Assembly (NCBI GenBank): GCA_027624175.1 | Contig: JAQBXT010000005.1 | Coordinates: 13,429-77,428, forward strand | From: Pseudomonadota bacterium | GTDB lineage: Bacteria > Pseudomonadota > Gammaproteobacteria > Burkholderiales > SG8-39 | DNA length: 64,000 nucleotides | Direction: 5' to 3' | Part shown: piece after piece, positions 57,838 through 64,000 of the stretch | Layout: the number at the start of each line of letters is the position of its first letter | Numbering within the stretch: the first letter of the stretch is position 1 | Position numbers and translations under genes: made by a program | The notes under the pieces: generated by a model | Database searches by the model: none | What the model was told of the DNA's origin: nothing | Seen by the model: the letters and a program-made list of their open reading frames with translations, nothing else

Positions 57838-58611
57838 GTGATCCTCGACATCGAGCGGCGCGGACCCGCGGCCTGGCTGTGGATGAACCGCCCCGAGCAG
57901 CGCAACGCACTCAATGAAGACCTGATCGCCGCGCTGGAGACGGCGCTCGACGTCCTGGAGAAAGACGCCGTGGCACGCGCGGTGGTGCTCGCCGGGCGCG
58001 GCCCGGCGTTCTGCGCCGGCGGGGACCTGGCGCGCATGGAGCAGGCGGCGAAGATGACCAAGTCGCGCTCGCGCCGTGAGGCTTCGCGCTTTGCGAAACT
58101 CCTGTACCGGCTGCACAGCTACCCGAAACCGGTGGTCGCGCGGGTGCACGGGCCGGCGTTCGCCGGCGGCATGGGGCTGGTCGCCGCGTCGGATATCGTC
58201 GTCGCCGCGGAGGAAGCGGAGTTCGCGCTGCCCGAGACGAGGATCGGCCTGGTGCCGGCGATGATCAGCCCCTACCTGGTGCGCGCCATGGGTGCGCAGC
58301 AGGCGCGGCGCTACATCCTCACCGGTGAGCGGCTGTCTGCGCGCGAGGCGCAGCGCATCGGCTTCGTGCACGAATGCGTGCCGGCGGCGGAGCTCGATGT
58401 CGCGGTCTGGAAAATCTGCGAGCGGCTGGCGCTGGCGGGGCCCGAGGCGCTGGCGCGCTCGAAGAAGCTCCTGCTCAAGGTGCAGGGTGCGGCCATCACC
58501 CCGCAGTTGGCTCTCGACACTGCTGCCGTGCTGGCAGAGGCGCGCGCGGGCGGCGAGGCGCGCGAAGGGATCCGTTCGTTCCTCGAAAAGCGCAAGCCTT
58601 CCTGGCAGTAG
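57838..58611 (+). CDS. Enoyl-CoA hydratase (AtuE/LiuC methylglutaconyl-CoA hydratase-like)
   Basis: The GTG at 57838 gives (M)ILDIERRGPAAWLWMNRPEQRNAL...GRGPAFCAGGDL...VHGPAFAGGMGLVAASD...PETRIGLVPA. The track ORF start at 57736 overlaps fadB. Confidence 0.85.
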   Translation: MILDIERRGPAAWLWMNRPEQRNALNEDLIAALETALDVLEKDAVARAVVLAGRGPAFCAGGDLARMEQAAKMTKSRSRREASRFAKLLYRLHSYPKPVVARVHGPAFAGGMGLVAASDIVVAAEEAEFALPETRIGLVPAMISPYLVRAMGAQQARRYILTGERLSAREAQRIGFVHECVPAAELDVAVWKICERLALAGPEALARSKKLLLKVQGAAITPQLALDTAAVLAEARAGGEAREGIRSFLEKRKPSWQ

Positions 58612-58820
58612 GAAGCTTCCAGCCACTCGCGCAGTTGCGGGGATGCGCCTTGCTCACGCTCGGCCGTGGTAGTGACCGGCCGGGGAGATAGGTAACAAAA
58701 ACGTCGGAGGGCATGGGTTACAGATTTCCATGTCCTGCTGCTGCCCGACTGTGGCAAGGCGGATCGCCGACAACCGTCGAATTCGACGCGCCAGGGGCGG
58801 CGCGCGGCTCACGGTAGACG

Positions 58821-59222
58821 CTATGTGCCGGGAAGCGCCGGCTTCAATCCCAAGTGCCTGACAAAGGGGTCGAAGTCACGGTCGGAATACAGTAGCGGAG
58901 TCCGGCGCTCTATGCAGAACGTGGCGATAACGGCGTCAATGGTTTTACGGACCGTAACGCCTCTTCTTCGAAGAGCGCGATAGTTGTCCGCGGTCTTGAT
59001 GGCGAGGCTGGCGCCGAGCAAATCGTAAGTAGTCAGACTCGCCAGCAATTCCTTGGCGGCCTCATAGTCGGCATCGCTGCGGAATCCTTGCAATACTTCT
59101 GCAAGGATCAAATCACCGATGGCGACCGGCTCCGTTCCGAGCAAGGCATCGAGAAAGTCGGTTTCCCGGGTGACCTGCCCATTGAAATAGTCCACCCATA
59201 CGCTGGAATCGACAAGGATCAT
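58821..59222 (-). CDS. vapC: Type II toxin VapC (PIN-domain ribonuclease)
   Basis: MILVDSSVWVDYF...IGDLILAEVLQG...TIDAVIATFCIE...LLYSDRDFD contains the PIN acidic residues. The ATG overlaps the vapB stop (ATGA). Codon third positions are clearly more A/T-rich than in neighbours. Confidence 0.88.
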   Translation of the reverse strand: MILVDSSVWVDYFNGQVTRETDFLDALLGTEPVAIGDLILAEVLQGFRSDADYEAAKELLASLTTYDLLGASLAIKTADNYRALRRRGVTVRKTIDAVIATFCIERRTPLLYSDRDFDPFVRHLGLKPALPGT

Positions 59223-59413
59223 CAGTCGATTCGCATGCGGTCCAGATCGTCACGCCATTTGAGCTTGCCGCGGAAGCCTTTGAGGGTTTCCTGCTTCTTG
59301 AGCTGGATCAACGCCTTGAGACCGAGTTCCACGGCTTCCTTCTTGGTGCGTGCGCCGGTGGCCTTGATGGCGTCCGCGATGAGCTTTTCATCAATGACGA
59401 TGTTGGTTCGCAT
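59222..59413 (-). CDS. vapB: Type II antitoxin VapB (63 aa)
   Basis: The ATG at 59413 gives MRTNIVIDEKLIADAIKATGARTKKEAVELGLKALI, the typical MRTxIxIDD-type VapB N-terminus. Confidence 0.85.
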   Translation of the reverse strand: MRTNIVIDEKLIADAIKATGARTKKEAVELGLKALIQLKKQETLKGFRGKLKWRDDLDRMRID

Positions 59414-59432
59414 TGGGGGCTTCCATGTGTCA

Positions 59433-59460
59433 TGTGTATACTTGGATTGTACTATACACA
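59433..59460. promoter_or_regulatory. Inverted repeat, candidate VapB operator/promoter region
   Basis: TGTGTATA-N12-TATACACA (8-bp arms) 20 nt upstream of the vapB start, preceded by the tandem CATGTGT CATGTGT. A TATAGT/TATACA -10-like hexamer lies on the minus strand. Confidence 0.45.
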
Positions 59461-59556
59461 CGACGGTGAGGCGTCAGGCAGCGGTCCGCTCTCACTGAGA
59501 CGCCATCTGGCAGTAGCTGCGCTAACATCGGCTTCCTTTCTGGAGGGAAGCCCCGC

Positions 59557-60549
59557 ATGAACAAGCGCATCGTCCTCGCCAGTTACCCCGAAGGCTGGGT
59601 GACGGAGGCCAATTTCCGCGCCGAGACGGCGCCCATGCCCAAGCCGGCCGAGGGCGAAGTGCTGGTGAAGAACCACTGGCTCTCGCTCGACCCCTACATG
59701 CGCGGGCGCATGAGCCAGCAGAAGAGCTACGTGAAGGGCGTCGAGATCGGCGACGTGATGACCGGCGAGACCGCCGGCGAAGTGGTGGAATCGAAGCACC
59801 CGGGCTTCAAGCCGGGTGACAAGGTGACCGCGCCCTCGGGCTGGCAGCTGTACTGGAGCGGCAAGGGCGAGCTGCTGACGAAGGTGGATGCCTCGAAAGT
59901 GTCGCTGTCGTATTTCCTCGGCTGCCTCGGCATGCCGGGGCGTACGGCGTACTTCGGCATGAAGGACATCTGCGTGCCCAAGCCCGGCGAGACGGTGGTC
60001 GTGTCCGCGGCCTCCGGCGCGGTGGGCAGCGTGGTCGGGCAGCTGGCGAAGGCCTGGGGCTGCCGCGCGGTGGGCATCGCCGGCGGGAAGGCCAAGTGCG
60101 ACTACGTGGTGAAGGAGCTCGGTTTCGACGCCTGCGTGGACTACAAGGCGGGCGACCTCCTGAACCAGCTCAAAGCCGCGTGCCCGAAAGGCGTGGACGC
60201 GAACTTCGAGAACGTGGGCGGCGAGATCCTCGATACCGTGCTCAGGCTGATGAACGTGCGCGGACGCATCGCCATCTGCGGCCTGATCTCCGATTACAAC
60301 GCCAAGGAACCGTACGGCGTGAAGATGTTCCGCTCGATCCTGGTCAACCGCATCAAAGTACAGGGCATGATCGTGTTCGACTGGCTGCAGCGCTACCCGG
60401 AAGCAAACCAGGCCTTGCTCGATCTGGTGGTCGGCGGCAAGCTCAAGTACCGCGAGTCGGTAGTGCAGGGACTGGAAAGCGCGCCCAAGGGCCTGATCGG
60501 CCTCCTGAAGGGCGAAAACTTCGGCAAACAACTGGTGAAACTCACATGA
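59557..60549 (+). CDS. NADP-dependent alkenal/one oxidoreductase (YncB/CurA, leukotriene B4 dehydrogenase-like MDR)
   Basis: MNKRIVLASYPEGWVTEANF...LSLDPYMRGRM...VVSAASGAVGSVVGQLAK...GENFGKQLVKL. Confidence 0.88.
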   Translation: MNKRIVLASYPEGWVTEANFRAETAPMPKPAEGEVLVKNHWLSLDPYMRGRMSQQKSYVKGVEIGDVMTGETAGEVVESKHPGFKPGDKVTAPSGWQLYWSGKGELLTKVDASKVSLSYFLGCLGMPGRTAYFGMKDICVPKPGETVVVSAASGAVGSVVGQLAKAWGCRAVGIAGGKAKCDYVVKELGFDACVDYKAGDLLNQLKAACPKGVDANFENVGGEILDTVLRLMNVRGRIAICGLISDYNAKEPYGVKMFRSILVNRIKVQGMIVFDWLQRYPEANQALLDLVVGGKLKYRESVVQGLESAPKGLIGLLKGENFGKQLVKLT

Positions 60550-61238
60550 TCGACCTCTATACCTGGCCTACGCCCAACGGGCACAAGATCCACATCATGC
60601 TGGAGGAGACCGGACTGCCCTACAAGGTGATCGCGATCGACATCGGCGCCGGCGACCAGTTCAAGCCGGAGTTCCTCAAGATCTCGCCCAACAACAAGAT
60701 GCCGGCGATGGTGGACAGCGACGGCCCGGGCGGCAAGCCGATGGCGCTCGCGGAATCCGGCGCCATGCTGTTCTACCTGGCCTCGAAAACCGGCAAATTC
60801 CTGCCGACCGACATCCGCAAGCGCTGGCAGGTGATGCAGTGGGTGATGTTCCAGATGGGCCATGTCGGGCCGATGCTCGGCCAGGCGCACCACTTCCTCG
60901 GCTATGCGCCGGAGAAAATAGAATACGCCATGAACCGCTACAAGAACGAAGCCAACCGCCTGTACGGCGTGGTCGAGCGGCGCCTGAAGGAATCCAAGTT
61001 CCTCGCCTGCGACGAGTACACCATCGCCGACATGGCGACCATGCCCTGGATGCGCTTTCCCGAGCGCCAGGGCGTGGACATCGCGGAGTACCCGAATCTG
61101 CAGCGCTGGCGCGACGGCATCGCCGCGCGCCCGGCGGTGGAGCGCGCGCTCAAGGTGCTCGCAGACCGGCGGCGCCCGGAGATGACCAAGGAACAAAAAG
61201 AGGTCCTGTTCGGGGCGGCACAATATGCCAAGCGCTGA
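60546..61238 (+). CDS. yfcG: Glutathione S-transferase, YfcG-like (Nu class)
   Basis: The ATG at 60546 (ATGA overlap) gives MIDLYTWPTPNGHKIHIMLEE...FLKISPNNKMPAMVD...GPMLGQAHHF, collinear with remembered E. coli YfcG. Confidence 0.85.
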   Translation: MIDLYTWPTPNGHKIHIMLEETGLPYKVIAIDIGAGDQFKPEFLKISPNNKMPAMVDSDGPGGKPMALAESGAMLFYLASKTGKFLPTDIRKRWQVMQWVMFQMGHVGPMLGQAHHFLGYAPEKIEYAMNRYKNEANRLYGVVERRLKESKFLACDEYTIADMATMPWMRFPERQGVDIAEYPNLQRWRDGIAARPAVERALKVLADRRRPEMTKEQKEVLFGAAQYAKR

Positions 61239-61998
61239 GCTGAAGGGGAAGGTCGCCTGGATCACCGGCGGCGGTTCGGGCATCGGCCTCGCCGGCGCGA
61301 AGGCGCTGGCGGGTGCAGGCGCGCACGTGGTGATCTCGGGGCGCACCGCTCGCACCAACGACAGCGCGCTGGCCGAGTTGAAGAAGATCGGCAGCGCCGA
61401 GGCGATGCTGCTCGACGTTTCCGACCAGCAGGCGGTGGTGCGGGCCGCGGCCGACATCGAGAAGCGGCATGGGCGCATCGATATCCTGGTCACCAGCGCC
61501 GGCACCAACATCGGCGGGGGCAAGCGCAACTTCAAGAACATGACCCTCGAGGGCTGGAACGACGTGGTGCGCATCAACCTCGACGGCCTGTTCTATTGCT
61601 GCCACTCGGTGATCCCCGGCATGCGAGCGAGGAAGGACGGGCTGATCATCAACATCTCTTCCTGGGCCGGGCGCTACGCGAGCGTGCTCACCGGACCGGC
61701 CTACAACGCCACCAAGCGCGCGGTGATCGCCATCAGCGAGTCGATCAACATGGAGGAGTGCGCCAACGGCATTCGCGCCACCTCCATCCTGCCGGGCGAA
61801 GTGGCCACCCCGATCCTGGAGAAGCGCCCGGTGCCGCCCTCGGCGGAGGAGCGCGCACGCATGGCGCAGGCCGAGGATTTCGGCAAGGCGATCCTGTTCG
61901 TGGCCACCATGCCGGCGCGCACCTGCGTGAATGAAATGGTGGTCGCGCCGACCTGGAACCGCTTCTACCTCGGCGGCATCGAAGCGCCGGCGCGCTGA
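61225..61998 (+). CDS. Short-chain dehydrogenase/reductase (SDR)
   Basis: GKVAWITGGGSGIGLAGAKAL and YNATKRAV (YxxxK). It overlaps the GST end by 14 nt. Confidence 0.88.
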   Translation: MPSAELKGKVAWITGGGSGIGLAGAKALAGAGAHVVISGRTARTNDSALAELKKIGSAEAMLLDVSDQQAVVRAAADIEKRHGRIDILVTSAGTNIGGGKRNFKNMTLEGWNDVVRINLDGLFYCCHSVIPGMRARKDGLIINISSWAGRYASVLTGPAYNATKRAVIAISESINMEECANGIRATSILPGEVATPILEKRPVPPSAEERARMAQAEDFGKAILFVATMPARTCVNEMVVAPTWNRFYLGGIEAPAR

Positions 61999-62027
61999 GC
62001 GGACCCGCACCCGCCTCGCCCGCCGCG

Positions 62028-63128
62028 ATGGCCGAAGATCGAAAAGAGTCCCGGCTCCTCGCCCGCCTGCTGCGCGTGCAGCTGTTTCCGCGCCGCGGTT
62101 CGGGGCGGCGCGTGCGGCTGCTGGTGCGGCAGGAGGAGTCCACCGCGGCTCGCACCCTGGCCGGGCGGGTCGCGCTGGTAGTGGTGCTGTTCCTGAGCGT
62201 GCTGGCGGTGTTCTGGCTGGACCGCGACGGGCTGCGCGACGCAGCCGACGGCGTGGTGTCGTTCATCGACGTGATTTACTTCACCATGGTGACGGTAACC
62301 ACCGTCGGCTACGGCGACATCGTGCCGGTCACCGATCGCGCGCGCCTGATCGATTCGTTCTTCGTCACGCCGATCCGGTTTTTCGTGTTGTTCATTTTCG
62401 TGGGCACCGCCTACCAGATGGTGTTCCAGCGCATGATGGAGGAGCGCCGCATGAAAAAACTCGAGGACTCATTGACCGGCCACGTGATCGTCTGCGGCTT
62501 CGGCCAGAGCGGGCGCATCGCCGCCGTGGAGTTGGTCGCCAAGGGCGAGAAGCCCGAGCACGTGGTGGTGATCGACCAGAACGAGGGCGCGGCGCGCGCC
62601 GCCGCCGAGGCCGGCTTCGTCGCGCTGGTGGGCAGCGCGACCAGCGAGGAAATCATGCGCCGCGCGGTGGTGCAGCAGGCACGCGCGCTCATCCTGTGCG
62701 TCGGGCGCGACGACACCACGGTGCTCGCCACGCTCACCGCGCGCCAGCTGTCCAAGGATCTGCGCATCATCGCCAGCGTGCGCGAAAACGAGAACGCGAA
62801 GCTCGCGCGCCAGGGCGGCGCGGACGTGATCGTTTCGCCGGCGCGCGTGGGCGGGTACCTGCTCGCGGACGCGGTGGAAAGCGCCTACACGGTCGGCCTG
62901 ATCAACGAGATGCTCTCCGAGCGCGGGCGCGTGCGCCTCAGCGAGCGCGCCCCGAAGGAGGACGAAATCGGCCGCCAGGTGCGCGCGTTGCCGTGCCTGG
63001 TGATCGGCGTCGAGCGCGACAAGAAGCGCATCCTGTTCTGGGATCTCGGCGACACCGAGGTGAAGGCCGACGACCTGATGCTGGTGATCGAGGGGCCAGC
63101 CAGTGAGGAGCGCGGCGCGGCCGCCTGA
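62028..63128 (+). CDS. Two-TM potassium channel with cytoplasmic RCK/TrkA-N domain (MthK/Kch-like)
   Basis: Selectivity filter TVTTVGYGD; Rossmann-like VIVCGFGQSGRIAAVEL; C-terminal RCK region. Confidence 0.88.
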   Translation: MAEDRKESRLLARLLRVQLFPRRGSGRRVRLLVRQEESTAARTLAGRVALVVVLFLSVLAVFWLDRDGLRDAADGVVSFIDVIYFTMVTVTTVGYGDIVPVTDRARLIDSFFVTPIRFFVLFIFVGTAYQMVFQRMMEERRMKKLEDSLTGHVIVCGFGQSGRIAAVELVAKGEKPEHVVVIDQNEGAARAAAEAGFVALVGSATSEEIMRRAVVQQARALILCVGRDDTTVLATLTARQLSKDLRIIASVRENENAKLARQGGADVIVSPARVGGYLLADAVESAYTVGLINEMLSERGRVRLSERAPKEDEIGRQVRALPCLVIGVERDKKRILFWDLGDTEVKADDLMLVIEGPASEERGAAA

Positions 63129-63131
63129 GGG

Positions 63132-63854
63132 CTAAGCCGCGGTGAAGATGTCCTTGTAAGAGGCGTAGAACGACGCCGCGAGGACCGGGCCGAGCACCAG
63201 CCATCCCAGGCCGAACGGGATCGCGGCGACTATGCCGAGCACCAGCATCACCACGCCGTAGATCAGGAACGGCACCACGTTCCTCAGGCAGCCGAAGAAA
63301 CTGTCCTGCATGGCCTCGAGCGCGCCCTTGGCGTGGAACAGCACCAGCGCAGGCGCGAACCAGGTCGTCATCACCACTGGCAGCATCAGGGCGAAAAAGA
63401 TCAGTACTGCGAGCACGACGGTCAGGGCCGCGGCGGGCACCGCCATGTCCGGCATTGCACCACCCATCATTGCGAACATACTCGCGCCAGTCACCAGCCC
63501 CACCCCCAGCGCGATCACGACCGCGGCGCCAAGGTAGATCGCGCCGACCAGGGCGAGCGTGGTGAAGCGATCGCGAAATCCCGCGAACAGGTGCCCGAAT
63601 TCCAATTCGCGGCCCTCGTCGGCCGCGCGGCCTACGGCGAGCACCCCGGCACCGAATACCGGGGTCAGCACGGTGGTGGCGAGCATGCCGAGAATCGGCA
63701 CGATGCCGAGCACAACCATCACCACCAGCAGCGTCACGAACAGGGCGATCCACATCCCGGGCTGCTTCTTGAACAGCGCCCAGCCCGCCGCGATCCAGTC
63801 CCAGCCGCGCCCCGCCGCGACGCCGCGCCCGCCCGCAATGTATTCGCCCGCCAT
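63132..63854 (-). CDS. Polytopic membrane protein of unknown function
   Basis: 240 aa with about 6 hydrophobic spans (WIALFVTLLVVMVVLGIVPILGML...). High GC3. The start is 1 nt after the upstream thioesterase stop. Confidence 0.7.
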   Translation of the reverse strand: MAGEYIAGGRGVAAGRGWDWIAAGWALFKKQPGMWIALFVTLLVVMVVLGIVPILGMLATTVLTPVFGAGVLAVGRAADEGRELEFGHLFAGFRDRFTTLALVGAIYLGAAVVIALGVGLVTGASMFAMMGGAMPDMAVPAAALTVVLAVLIFFALMLPVVMTTWFAPALVLFHAKGALEAMQDSFFGCLRNVVPFLIYGVVMLVLGIVAAIPFGLGWLVLGPVLAASFYASYKDIFTAA

Positions 63855-63855
63855 C

Positions 63856-64000
63856 TCAGCCTCCCTTGGTTTCCCGCAGCCGCACTTTCACCGTGCCGAT
63901 GGCCTTCGCCACCAGCGAGCCGTCGGCGTTCTTCGCCTCGGCCTCGACGAAGGTCATGCTGCGCGCGTCGCGCAGCACGCGCGCTTCGGCGATCAGGCGG
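63856..64000 (-). CDS. PaaI/hotdog-fold thioesterase, C-terminal 48 codons only (runs off the window)
   Basis: The minus-strand frame reads ...RLIAEARVLRDARSMTFVEAEAKNADGSLVAKAIGTVKVRLRETKGG*, typical of the last strands of a PaaI-family thioesterase. TGA at 63858-63856. Confidence 0.55.
   Translation of the reverse strand, partial: RLIAEARVLRDARSMTFVEAEAKNADGSLVAKAIGTVKVRLRETKGG

Overview
High-GC (about two thirds G+C) proteobacterial chromosome segment, densely coding. Many genes are translationally coupled through ATGA/TGATG overlaps. The long antisense ORFs in the track are GC artefacts.

Layout:
- 0-4.1 kb: ybhP-like/clsB pair, ComB-like phosphatase, MaoC dehydratase and a stand-alone EAL protein.
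- 4.2-20.4 kb: translation/transcription core in an unusual fused order. It runs rpsL-rpsG-fusA-tuf-tRNA(Trp)-secE-nusG-rplKAJL-rpoB-rpoC and ends in a bidirectional terminator. rpoB carries an insertion of about 70-80 aa.
- 20.4-39.2 kb: cyclase-FHA protein, PAT-type GNAT, TauE, oxidoreductases, and a tight 4-gene operon (alpha/beta-hydrolase, crotonase, mandelate-racemase homolog, acyl-CoA ligase). These are followed by PCu(A)C, PiT/DUF47, and an IclR-controlled island (CoA-transferase, SDR, ICL-family lyase, LeuCD-like hydratase, PimCD-like acyl-CoA dehydrogenase pair).
- 39.2-58.6 kb: atu/liu-like acyl-CoA carboxylase and beta-oxidation genes that look rearranged.
- 58.6-64 kb: vapBC island, oxidoreductase, YfcG-like GST, SDR, RCK K+ channel, membrane protein and a partial thioesterase.

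Most interesting candidates:
- A TetR ORF with no stop codon that reads in frame into an orphan HigA2-like XRE gene with its own RBS.
- A two-gene cassette (small helical protein plus nucleotidyltransferase-fold protein) wedged between the carboxylase beta and acyl-CoA dehydrogenase genes.
- The mandelate-racemase homolog with a KxR instead of KxK motif, inside a CoA-thioester operon whose superfamily order mirrors menH-menB-menC-menE.
- The cyclase-FHA protein with the transition-state Arg replaced by Tyr.
- The 5'-truncated aidB-like remnant.

No CRISPR array, rRNA, transposase or integrase was seen. All calls come from reading the sequence and remembered family motifs. No database searches were run.
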